Translations under genes and position numbers: made by a program | Shown here: in pieces, positions 18,479 through 28,035 of the stretch | Numbering within the stretch: position 1 is the stretch's first letter | Layout: the number at the start of each line of letters is the position of its first letter | Notes under the pieces: model-generated | Told to the model about the DNA's origin: nothing | The model's database searches: none | What the model saw: the letters and a program-made list of their open reading frames with translations, nothing else | From: Candidatus Krumholzibacteriota bacterium | GTDB lineage: Bacteria; Krumholzibacteriota; Krumholzibacteriia; JAJRXK01 | Direction: 5' to 3' | Assembly (NCBI GenBank): GCA_963806035.1 | Contig: CAWDWO010000023.1 | Location: 1 to 64,000, forward strand | DNA length: 64,000 nucleotides

Positions 18479-18967
18479 GCGCAGGATCTCCTGCGGAGGC
18501 GATCCTGTGGCGAGCTTGCATGAGGGATGCCGCGCGCTACGAGCTGCGCTTCAAGCTTTGAAACAGGCTGAAAATCTGCTCTCAGCGCGGGAGAGAAGCC
18601 TGCTGCAAGCTCGTGAACGATTGCACTCGATGGTCAGAAGCTGGCAGTTGTCCCGATTCCGGGACAGTCCACGTCATCCCAGGACATCGAAGGGGCGTTC
18701 GGAGGAACTTCGCGAGTGTACCCGGGTAGACCCGAGAACCAGCGAATCTAATTTTATAGCCGGCTATAAATCCTGTCCGGGACCGCGCGCGTCGCGCGTG
18801 TCCCGCGCAATTGTCTACCCGGGTACACAACCCCGGGTGCACAAGCCGAGCTATCTCGCGGGGACACTGGTCAATTTGCGATCTTCCGCCTGGCGCCCCT
18901 TGCACGGCAAGTGCTACACTCGAATCGAGCTGGCTCCCTTCGAGTATCCAGCGCTGGAGTTTCTGCC

Positions 18968-19669
18968 ATGGTCACTTCTTCCCCGCGAGTGCGTTTCGCC
19001 CATTCTATCGCCGCGCCCTTTGTTCATCTCTCTCTCGTTCTCGTTCTCTCCTTCGTTTCTTCTCTCGTTCTCAACCTCGCGAAGGTGGCCCCCGCGCTCG
19101 CCCAGCCCGCATCCGGCCAGGTTGGGATCTACTTCGATCCCGCCGGAACGGTCAACGAAGCCTGGTACTTTTACGGCTGTCCGGATTGCGATAACCAATA
19201 TCAGTGGCAGGATGAACGGGGCTACGGGTACACCGCCTATGTCGTCGCCAAGGATCTTCCCGGAAATCTGAGTCACTACTCATTGGTTTTTGAACTCTCC
19301 CAGGATTTCACCGTCGATCCGCATTTTCCCGAGGGTTCGCAGTTCACGTCTTATCTCAGTGTCGATGAATCGCACGGTATCCAACGGATCAGCTATGAGG
19401 TCACGCCAGCGGATTGCCTTGCGGCGAACGGGTCGATCGTGCTGATGAGTCTGGACCTGGTCTTTCTCTATCAACCCGGATCCATGGTGGCCCTGATGCC
19501 CGAGAGTCCCGATCTGGGCAAGGTTGGCTACATGCCATGTTCTCAAGAGGGATCCGAGTTCACTCCCTGGAGCTTCGCCACCGAAGCGATCACCTTCTCG
19601 CCCATCATCGTGGAAGACTGGGGCCCTGCCGCCACGGGATCGATGGGCGCTTTGAAGTCCTGGTACTGA
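18968..19669 (+). CDS. Secreted protein with variant C-terminal WG-K-Y motif (SMGALKSWY)
   Basis: Signal peptide ending ALA-Q; GQVGIYFDPAG start; beta-rich; GGAG RBS. Confidence 0.7.
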   Translation: MVTSSPRVRFAHSIAAPFVHLSLVLVLSFVSSLVLNLAKVAPALAQPASGQVGIYFDPAGTVNEAWYFYGCPDCDNQYQWQDERGYGYTAYVVAKDLPGNLSHYSLVFELSQDFTVDPHFPEGSQFTSYLSVDESHGIQRISYEVTPADCLAANGSIVLMSLDLVFLYQPGSMVALMPESPDLGKVGYMPCSQEGSEFTPWSFATEAITFSPIIVEDWGPAATGSMGALKSWY

Positions 19670-19687
19670 TGACCGAGGGAAGTGTCC

Positions 19688-21060
19688 CTACAGCCACTCG
19701 AACTTGGCGCTGAAGTGGCGCAGGTAGGGCGCCTGCTCCGTGATGCGCATGCCGCGGATGGAATCGCGCCGCTCGTTTAGGGCAAGGATGACCTCGATCA
19801 CGTAGTCGATGTGGCTCTGGGTGTACACGCGGCGCGGAATGGCCAGGCGCACCAGCTCCATCGGTGCGGGAATCTCCGCGCCGGTCTTCTCGTCCTTCGA
19901 AGCGAACATGACCGAGCCGATTTCCACCGCGCGGATGCCGCCCTCCAGATACAGCTCGCAGGTCAGGGCCTGCCCCGGATACTGCAGGGGCTCCAGGTGT
20001 GGCAGCATGCCCTTGGCGTCGATGTAGATGGCGTGACCGCCCGGCGGCTGCACGATGGGCACTCCGGCCTCCGAGATGCGGTTCCCCAGATAGCGCGTGC
20101 TCGCGATACGGTACTGCAGATAATCTTCCTCCAGCACTTCTTCCAGTCCCTGCGCCATCGCCTCCAGATCGCGCCCCGCCAGCCCGCCGTAGGTGGGAAA
20201 GCCCTCGGTGAGAATCAGAAGATCGCGCTCCTGGCGCGCCAGGAGGTCGTCGTTGGTGCACAAGAAGCCGCCGATGTTCACCAGCGCGTCCTTCTTGGCG
20301 CTCATGGTGCAGCCGTCGGCGTAGGAGAACATCTCCTGGGCGATTTCCTTCACCGATTTGTCGGCGTAGCCCTTCTCGCGCAGCTTGATGAAGTAGGCGT
20401 TCTCGGCGAAGCGGCAGGCGTCGAAGTAGAGGGGCAAGTCGTACTCGTCGCAGACTGCGCGTACCGCCTTGATGTTGGCCATGCTCACCGGCTGGCCGCC
20501 GCCGGAGTTGTTCGTCACGGTGATCATCACGGCGGGGATGTGCTCCTTGCCGTACTTCTGAATGACTTCCCGCAGTTTCTCGAGGTCGAGGTTGCCCTTG
20601 AAGGGATGCATCCGCTGGGAACGTGCGCCTCGTCGATGGCCACGTCGACCGCCTTGGCGCCGCGGAATTCGATGTTCGCGCGCGTGGTGTCGAAGTGGGT
20701 GTTGTTGGGCACGACTGATTTCCCGTCGCAGAGGATGCTGAAGAGAATGCGCTCGGCCGCGCGCCCCTGGTGGGTGGGGATCACGTACTTGAAGCCCATG
20801 ATGTCCTGCACGGTCTTCTCGAAACGGTAGAAGGAGCGACTGCAGGCGTAGGCCTCGTCGCCCTGCATGATCCCGGCCCATTGCTTCGCGCTCATGGCGG
20901 AGGTCCCGCTGTCGGTCAGAAGGTCGATCAAGACGTCGTCGGCGTGCACCAGGAAAGGATTCCAGCCCGCCTCGGCCAGGATTTCCTCCCTCTCCTCCTT
21001 GCTGGTCATGCGGATGGGCTCGACCGACTTGATCTTGAACGGCTCGATGATGGTCTTCAC
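19688..21060 (-). CDS. tnaA: Tryptophanase (beta-eliminating lyase family); 1-nt frameshift near 20612, probably a sequencing error
   Basis: EPFKIKSVEPI, IDLLTDSGT, PTHQGRAAE, HFDTTR | HPFKGN, TNNSGGGQPVS, DACRFAEN, MSAKKD (PLP Lys), EGFPTYGGL, RLAIPRRVYT, LRHF. Split over ORFs 20527-21060 and 19688-20881. Confidence 0.82.
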
Positions 21061-21106
21061 TCGATTCCTCCGGCCCGCTTCGCGGTTTTGTGCACAGTGC
21101 CGTGAC

Positions 21107-22883
21107 TTACTTGCTCAGCTTCAGGATGCTCTCCAGCCCCGCTCGCGCGATGGGATGATAGAGATCCTTGTGCTGCTGGTAGATCGAGAGCGCGAGCGCG
21201 CGCGTATCGGGGTTCTCGTACATGGCCTTGTACAGCGGCTTGAGGTACTTCATGCGCCCAAAGGTCCCCAAGAAGTCGCGCAATTTCTCGTAGCTGGGCT
21301 CGTAGGACGAGCTGGCCGCGATCGCGAGCCACTTGTTCAGGATCTCGGCGTTGCCGCTCTCGTTGAAGGAGAAGGTGCTTTCGAGCCAGTCACAGTCTTC
21401 CTGGGAGAGCTTGGTCGGGAGCGCCGCGAACCACACCAGCCACTCGTCGATGCGCCATTTCTTGGCCTTCGCGGGATCAGGTCGCTCGCCCTTGGTGAAG
21501 CCCTTCCCCAAGCGCTGCAATTCCTCGCGCCGTGGGGAAGAAAAAAGGAGGCTCGTTGGCGGGAACGTTCGGCTCGTAGATCCACTGCTTCGCCTTCACC
21601 TTCTCCGCCGTTCCGGGAAGTTGTTCGTCCAGGAAGGCCAGGAAGTCCTCGGTGGTGATGCTGGTGAATTCGAAGCGGTCCATGTACTTGCGCATGAAGG
21701 AATCCCACTTCTCCCTTCCCACCGTACGCTCGAGCAACTGCACCAAGAGGCAGCCCTTCTCGTAAGGCACCACGCTGTAGATCTCGTCGGGATCGACACC
21801 GGAGAGATCGTTCTTGAGACGCGTGAGCGGCGAGCCCTTGCCGAAGTCCTCGATGGCCTCTTCCAGATCGGCGCGGCCGATGGCGGCCGAGAGCGACACG
21901 GCCTCCTCCCCTTCCAGCGCTTCCAGGATGCGCCGTTCGGCCCACACCGTGAAACCCTCGTTGAGCCAGAAGTCGTTCATGCTGGCGCTGGTGATGAGAT
22001 TGCCGGTCCAGGAGTGGGCCAACTCATGCGCCAGTACGTTCACCAGACTGCGGTCGCCGGCCAAGAGCGAGGGCGTCAGGAAGGTCAGACGCGGGTTCTC
22101 CATGCCGCCGTAGGGAAAGGCCGGCGGCATCACCAAGAAGTCGTAGCGCTCCCAGCGATAGGGCCCGAACAGCGCCTCCGCCTTCTGCAGCATGGAGTCG
22201 ACACTCTCAAACTCCCAGGCCGCGGCGTCGAGCATCTCCGGTTCGGTGTAGACGCGCGAGCGGGGACCCAGGTCACGATTGGCGATGTTGCCCACAGCGA
22301 GCGCCAAAAGATAACCGGGAATCGGCTGCGGCATCTCGAAGTGATAGACCTTGCGGCCCTTGTCCCCCTTTGCGCTCTCTCCCGGTGCGGCCGACATGAC
22401 CGCCACCAGCGCCTCCGGCACCTCGACTTTCGCCTGATAGCTGAAGCGCACGCTGGCGCTGTCCTGCAGGGGCAGCATGCTGCGCGCGTGGTGGGGCTGG
22501 CACTGGCTGAAGAGATAGGGATGCACCTTGCCGGCCGTGTTCGCCGGCTCGAGCCACTGCAGAGCGCTGGCTTCCTGGGAGGTCTGGTAGGCAATGGTGA
22601 GCGATTCACTGCCCTCGGGAAGTTGAATGCGCAGGCATTGGCCCATGAAGGACTCGCGTTCGCCCAATTCCCAGCCCAAGGTCTCGCCCTTGGGCCCCTT
22701 CACGCTCTCGATCTCCAGATCGCGCGTGTCCAGATCGAGAACGCCGCCCTTGGCTCCCTCGAGCTGAAGGGTGACCTCCCCGCGCAGCCGACGCGTGGCA
22801 AAATCGACGACCCAATCGATCGCGATCGAACGAACGCGGCCCTGGTCGATGTCAGTGTACGAATGTGGATCCACGCGGGACAT
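21107..22883 (-). CDS. M1-family aminopeptidase (leukotriene A4 hydrolase-like); frameshift at a homopolymer near 21541
   Basis: DPHSY, YGGMENPRL, HELAHSW...WLNEG, VPYEKG; C-terminal GRMKYLKPLY domain in the adjacent frame (21107-21520). Confidence 0.88.
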
Positions 22884-23026
22884 TCCTGGCCTCCTGGATG
22901 GTGCGAACGGGGAAAAATTCCTGGATTTTGGGGTGTAGACAACGCGTACTTCGCACTTTATTAAGGCTTCGCGATCCCCTACTGTCAAGTGATGCCTAGA
23001 ACTGTGCCACAAGTCCCGTCGAGGTC

Positions 23027-23467
23027 GTGAAGATGTCGCGAATGAGAAAACTCGCAGCCAGCTCCCTCTTGGCACTTCTACTGTGGCAATGTGTGCCCAA
23101 ACCCGTACTCGCTGCGAGCGAGGATCCCCTGCCCGGCTCGGAAGAGGCGCGGATCGAGCGTCTGCACGCGGTGGCGCAAGCCCATGAACTCAGCTTCTCA
23201 GAGGCCCGTCACGAGGCGGATACTCAGCTTCTGGTCGGAGCCTTCCTGCTCATCGGAAGCATGCTCACCCCGCTCATCGCCGAGCTGCGCGACGAGAATT
23301 TCCCCGCCCTGGGATCCGTGCTCCTGGGCTCGATCGGGCTGGCCACGGTCATCGAGGGAACTCTCGACGAGCAAATCGCCGACCGCAAGCATCTGGAGGA
23401 ACAGATCGAGACGATCGAAGCAGGCACGGCTGAGGCGGATAGCCTCGTCGTCCCGCAACAGCAGTGA
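23027..23467 (+). CDS. Hypothetical exported or membrane protein
   Basis: Signal peptide plus two hydrophobic segments. Confidence 0.55.
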   Translation: MKMSRMRKLAASSLLALLLWQCVPKPVLAASEDPLPGSEEARIERLHAVAQAHELSFSEARHEADTQLLVGAFLLIGSMLTPLIAELRDENFPALGSVLLGSIGLATVIEGTLDEQIADRKHLEEQIETIEAGTAEADSLVVPQQQ

Positions 23468-23501
23468 GATCCCGCCCTAGATCCGCATGATGAACTCCAC
23501 C

Positions 23502-23533
23502 AAAAAAATCGGGGGCGCCCAAGGCGCCCCCGA
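23502..23533 (-). terminator. Rho-independent terminator
   Basis: TCGGGGGCGCC-3 nt loop-GGCGCCCCCGA followed by a T7 run on the minus strand. Confidence 0.85.
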
Positions 23534-23563
23534 CTCGTTTCCATCGCGATCCGCGAAGGACGA

Positions 23564-24277
23564 TTAGTACTGCGCCTTCATCGAACCCCAGCTCAAGTTG
23601 GCTGTGGGAACCGCGGTCAGGATCACGTCGGCATCGCGGCGGGGAAGGAGCTCGCCTTCACCGTTGTAGCACTTCGTCGCACCACGGACCGTGACGATGT
23701 CGCCCACGAAATTGTCCATGCGGCTCGTGGTGTCGATCCCCGTCGTACCGTCGACGAACACGGTCACCGGACCGCTGCCGTCATCCACCGTGTAGGTGCT
23801 GTTGAAACCCGAGCTCACGAGCGCCAGGGTACCGGTGACTTCCATGAAATCACCAAGCAAGTCGGTACCGTCAGCCAGGTCCGCCGTTCCGATGAGCGTC
23901 GGCACCACGGGGTTCCCAGCACTCAGCAGACTGTTCGCCGTGGTCGAGACGATCTCGATCTCACCGGAATAGTCAGAGACAGTTCCGGTAATCGAAACCT
24001 CGTCGCCCTCGCTATAAATGCCACCTAGATTGTAATCATAAACGACGATTCCCCCGCTGCCCCCGGGGCACTGCAGATAGAGGGAAGAGCTGTTATAGAC
24101 TCCAATCTCGGAGTACACGACACCCGTCACGGTAACGAGCTGCGTGACAAAGGGCGACGGCGCACAGCCGTCGGTCCCCACACCATGGAGATCCTGGCAG
24201 GTCTGTCCGAATGCGAGACTCGCCATGGCCAGAATGGCCATCGCGGTGAAGAAAGAAATCGTTAGCATACGCTTCAT
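23564..24277 (-). CDS. Secreted protein with two OB-fold-like repeats and C-terminal SWGSMKAQY motif
   Basis: Signal peptide; VTVTGVV...GDEVSITGTVSDYSGEIEI and VDDGSG...GDIVTVRG...ELLPR. Confidence 0.75.
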   Translation of the reverse strand: MKRMLTISFFTAMAILAMASLAFGQTCQDLHGVGTDGCAPSPFVTQLVTVTGVVYSEIGVYNSSSLYLQCPGGSGGIVVYDYNLGGIYSEGDEVSITGTVSDYSGEIEIVSTTANSLLSAGNPVVPTLIGTADLADGTDLLGDFMEVTGTLALVSSGFNSTYTVDDGSGPVTVFVDGTTGIDTTSRMDNFVGDIVTVRGATKCYNGEGELLPRRDADVILTAVPTANLSWGSMKAQY

Positions 24278-24457
24278 TGTGTCAGCTCCCATGTTGTCTC
24301 TTCGAAGAAAAACGAAGATTCACAGGCCCAGGCCGCTACCCGGCGAAACTTCCTGGCAGGGGCCATTGAGTCTGTTATTTCCCGATTACACACTTTTCGG
24401 CGGAGATTTTCAAGTGAAGAGGACGTGAAGATGCGGTTCTACCGCTGCAAATCGCAC

Positions 24458-24961
24458 TCAATAGCGCGCCTTCCATGCGCCCCACGACTTATCGCCGATC
24501 GCGACGCTGGGACAGAGGCCTGGATTGGTGGAGACGAAAGTGCCCTGAAGGTCTTGGTGCTGGCATGTATCGGGCAAGCCACAATTCGGTGTGTATTCGA
24601 ATGTGGTTTCACTGCTGCCGAAGATCGAGTTACCACTCTTGGATCCCTGGATGGTGACCGTGATCGTCAATCCGCAGTCGGGGAAAGGCTCCGCGCTCTG
24701 CCCGCAGACGACATCGATGCCCGTCTCGTTGATGTAGCCGGTACAGATTTCCCCCTGCTCGTTGATCGTGCTTCCCGCGCAGATCGTGTCGCGCTCGGTG
24801 TAACTGTCGAGAATGGCGCTCGTGTTACAGTCCTTTTCGGTGATGTCGAAATCCCAAATCCCCTCCCAGCTGGAGGGAAACTCGACCGTCTGCGATCGAG
24901 CCGGTGTGGCGAAGAGGAGAAGGACGGCAAGGGGGAGAAGGGCGTATCGCAAAGTCTTCAT
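24458..24961 (-). CDS. Secreted Cys-rich protein with C-terminal SWGAWKARY motif (paralog of 41416-41919)
   Basis: Signal peptide; WEGIWDFD, ERDTICAG, CGLPDTC; GAGGAG RBS. Confidence 0.75.
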   Translation of the reverse strand: MKTLRYALLPLAVLLLFATPARSQTVEFPSSWEGIWDFDITEKDCNTSAILDSYTERDTICAGSTINEQGEICTGYINETGIDVVCGQSAEPFPDCGLTITVTIQGSKSGNSIFGSSETTFEYTPNCGLPDTCQHQDLQGTFVSTNPGLCPSVAIGDKSWGAWKARY

Positions 24962-25210
24962 GGGTGCTCCTCGGCTGGCTTCGATGATGGGTGTCGATCA
25001 TGAGCGTGAGTTCGACGCCGGAGGAGCATCCTGATCCGCAAAGATCCATGGGGAGCCGCGTTCGGAACCACCCTCCTCCTCTTTTCAGTGTAAGCCGCCC
25101 GAACGTTCGAATTCCAGTAGATTTTGCCGATCCTTGGCGCTTTCCTCCCCTTTGCTTGCAGGTTACACTGCGCCGGGTCACACTGCTCAAGCGACGCTGG
25201 GAGGCTCCTC

Positions 25211-26323
25211 ATGTTCCGCCGAAGGCTCGCAGCCCACTCCCCCATGCTGCTCCTTATCGTCATGATGTTCGCGTTGGGTGCGTGCCTCTGCACGCATCCC
25301 CAAACCGTGCGCGCGGTGATCTACGCCGACGGTGGCTCCCATCTCCTCGATGGGAACGCGCAGGAGCAGGTCTTCGTGCAAAGCGGCACCACGCTGGAAA
25401 TCGTCTCCGGGGCCGAAGTACAACCTCTGCTGAACGGCACGGCGGTCGTTGGCGCCAGCGGCTCGACCATCCTGGTTCAGGGCGGCCTGCTCCAGGGGAC
25501 GGGCGGTGAGGTGGGAGCCGGAGGCCTCACGAGCTCCTATTGCCAGGTCGAGATCCACGAGGGGGCGGAGATCCGCGCCGCTTACTCCACCAGCACTTAC
25601 ACTTCCAGTGCGCTCTTCTTCGTCGGCGGGAGCCCGGCCTACCTCTGCCGAATCCTGGGGGGAAGCTTCGTGGGCGGCGGCACCCTGCGCCACGGCAGCT
25701 TCGGTATCTACGTGCTGGGCAGCCTCGAGATGAGCGGTGGAGTGGTCGAGGGCGGCAACGGCGCAAGCGGCAAGGGCGGGGTCGCCCTCAAGTATGCCGG
25801 CGGCAGGGGAACGATTTCCGGAGGAACTCTTACGGGGGGGCAAGGCCCGAGCACGGGGGGCGATGCGCTCGCCTTGACTGGCGGTTCGCTGACCGTGAGC
25901 GGAGGCGACTTCACCGGTGGTGCCTCCACCGGCAGCGCCGCGGGCGGGCGTGCGCTCTGCACCGACGAGGATGGGCAGCTCGCCATCGAGGGTGGCAACT
26001 TCGCCGGCGGGAACTCCTCGAACTTCGCCCCCATCTGCATCGAGGCCTTTAAAAACTCCAAGCTCTCGATTTCGGGCGGCGATTACCAGGGTCGAATCGT
26101 GCTCAGGGGAAGCGCCGTGCTCACGGTGACCGGACATCATCTCTCGATCGAAGGCAGCCAGGCGCTCGGCGTGGAGAACCAGCTCACGGGGATTTTGAAC
26201 GACGGAACACCGATCGATCTCGTGGTGGTTCTCTACGACGGGGCCAGCGTGGAACTCGAGAACCTCGTCCCCTCGAAGGCCACCTCAATCGGCCGATTGA
26301 AGGCCCAGTTCCACCGCCACTGA
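25211..26323 (+). CDS. Secreted Gly-rich beta-helix-like protein with variant motif (TSIGRLKAQF)
   Basis: Signal peptide; repeated ISGGxxxGG units; LTGILNDGTPID near the C-terminus. Confidence 0.7.
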   Translation: MFRRRLAAHSPMLLLIVMMFALGACLCTHPQTVRAVIYADGGSHLLDGNAQEQVFVQSGTTLEIVSGAEVQPLLNGTAVVGASGSTILVQGGLLQGTGGEVGAGGLTSSYCQVEIHEGAEIRAAYSTSTYTSSALFFVGGSPAYLCRILGGSFVGGGTLRHGSFGIYVLGSLEMSGGVVEGGNGASGKGGVALKYAGGRGTISGGTLTGGQGPSTGGDALALTGGSLTVSGGDFTGGASTGSAAGGRALCTDEDGQLAIEGGNFAGGNSSNFAPICIEAFKNSKLSISGGDYQGRIVLRGSAVLTVTGHHLSIEGSQALGVENQLTGILNDGTPIDLVVVLYDGASVELENLVPSKATSIGRLKAQFHRH

Positions 26324-26380
26324 TCTTGTCTCGATCTTCATCGTCCATTCCATTCTGCTTCACACTCGCCTGCTAGCTTA

Positions 26381-26719
26381 GTGAAGTCGATCAGCCCGAA
26401 CCCGGTGCAGGGTTCGTCGAAATTCCGCCTCGCCCCTCGTCAGAACAGCTTGGTCAAGGTCAAGATCTTGAAATCGGCTGGACGCGTTGTCGACACGGAG
26501 TACGACGGCACGCTGGGTGCGGGCAACTACATACTCGGTTGGTCTTTGCGCCCATCCGCGCTAGGCGTCGACTACTACCCCGTAGTCCTCCATGCAGACA
26601 CGGCCCGCGGCAAGGTCCTGGTCATGAAGAAGTGGAACCGAGCCCTGGCCCAAGGGATGGGGCGGCTTCGGCTGCCCCATCCCAGTTCCACCATCCCTTT
26701 GGGCTCCACTCGGAGCTAG
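26381..26719 (+). pseudogene. Orphan T9SS type-A / FlgD-Ig-like C-terminal domain fragment
   Basis: SPNP...VKVKI..AGRVVDT..DG...AG.Y...W...GV.Y...KVLVMK pattern with no signal peptide or passenger domain. Confidence 0.5.
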
Positions 26720-26724
26720 GGATC

Positions 26725-28002
26725 CTAGCGATGATGGGTGATCCGGCCACGGTCCGCCCAGGCAATGAGAGGTAGGCTCGCCAGGCTGAGCAGGGCGAAT
26801 CCCCCCACCAGGGGGATGACGGTGCCATTGAAGCTCTGGCCGATGATTGCCCCCAAGACGATGGATACTGAGAGTGAGACGGAGGCCACCACGGCGGCTC
26901 CCACGCCTGCGATTTCTCCCAGGGTATCCATGGCCAGGGCATTCATGTTGCCAAAGAGAATTCCCACGCAGAAAAAAGTCAGAATCATGTAGACCATGAA
27001 CCAGAGGAGACCGAGCTTGCCGGGCAAGCCGAATGAGGCCAGAAGAAACGCGGCCGACAAAATGCAAATCGATCGCAATGCCCAGGTGGAGAGCCGGATC
27101 ATCCCCAAGCGCATCACGAGCCGACCGTTCAGTAGCGCGGCCAGGCCGATCGAGGCGGCGAGGATCGCGAAGTACAGAGCGAATCGCGAACCTACTCGGT
27201 AGACGTCCTGGAAGATCTGCTGAGCCGAGCTGAGATAGCCGATGAAGGCACCCGAGGAGATCCCCGAAGTCAAAGTGAAGCCGATCGCGGCCCGGTCGCG
27301 CAGGACCGTTGCCAGGGTGCGACCCAGTTTCCTGATCGTGAATGGCTTTCTCCTCTCGCGCGGCAGCGTCTCGGGTTGACGCAGCGCGAACCAGAAGAGC
27401 ACCAGAAGCGAAAGCAGCAGGAAAAACCCGAAAATCCCGCGCCAGTCCACGATCAAGAGTATGAGTTCGCCCACGGCCGGAGCCGCGATGGGCACCAGGA
27501 TGAACACCGACATGATGAGGGACATGATCTTGGCCATCTCGCGGCCCGCGTGAAGGTCGCGGATGAGGGCGATGGAGACACTGCGCGGTCCGGCAGCGCC
27601 CAGACCCTGCAACAATCGGCCCACCAACATGGCGCGAAAGTCGCCGGCCACGACACAGAGCAGGCAGCCCACGGCGAAGATGACCAGGCCCACGTGTACC
27701 GGACCCTTGCGACCGGTGCTGTCGCTGAGAGGACCGTAGACGAGCTGCCCCAGTGCCAGACCGATGAGGAGCGCGGTTACCACCCACTGGGTCTGGTTGC
27801 CCGCGTTGGCGCCCAGATCGCGGCCGATCGGCGCCAACGCGGGCAGCATGCCGTCGATGGAGAGCGCCACCAGCGAAGTCATCAAGGCCATCAGGGCGAT
27901 GAACTCGCCCTGACGGAGCTGGTGGCAGGATCGAATCGAGGGTTCGGACAAAGACCGGTTCCCGTTGGCTGGCTGGACGACACAAAGACGAGTTCGGAGC
28001 AA
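26725..28002 (-). CDS. Bcr/CflA-family multidrug MFS transporter (start uncertain)
   Basis: ALSIDGMLPAL, YGPLSDSTGRK, GRLLQGLG, IRD, PETLP. Confidence 0.9.
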   Translation of the reverse strand: MLRTRLCVVQPANGNRSLSEPSIRSCHQLRQGEFIALMALMTSLVALSIDGMLPALAPIGRDLGANAGNQTQWVVTALLIGLALGQLVYGPLSDSTGRKGPVHVGLVIFAVGCLLCVVAGDFRAMLVGRLLQGLGAAGPRSVSIALIRDLHAGREMAKIMSLIMSVFILVPIAAPAVGELILLIVDWRGIFGFFLLLSLLVLFWFALRQPETLPRERRKPFTIRKLGRTLATVLRDRAAIGFTLTSGISSGAFIGYLSSAQQIFQDVYRVGSRFALYFAILAASIGLAALLNGRLVMRLGMIRLSTWALRSICILSAAFLLASFGLPGKLGLLWFMVYMILTFFCVGILFGNMNALAMDTLGEIAGVGAAVVASVSLSVSIVLGAIIGQSFNGTVIPLVGGFALLSLASLPLIAWADRGRITHHR

Positions 28003-28035
28003 TTTGGCCCATTCGCCCGCGCTTGTCGAGCGAGA

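Noticed and set aside
18891..18904. Sigma54 promoter TGGCGC...TTGCA
   Set aside because: GG-to-GC spacing is 8 nt, not the required 10.
21520..21550. Programmed frameshift at T-TTT-TTC in the M1 peptidase
   Set aside because: The heptamer is a -1 type but a +1 correction is needed; a homopolymer error is simpler.
24962..25210. c-di-GMP riboswitch suggested by a GCAAAG segment
   Set aside because: The remaining conserved GEMM elements could not be matched.
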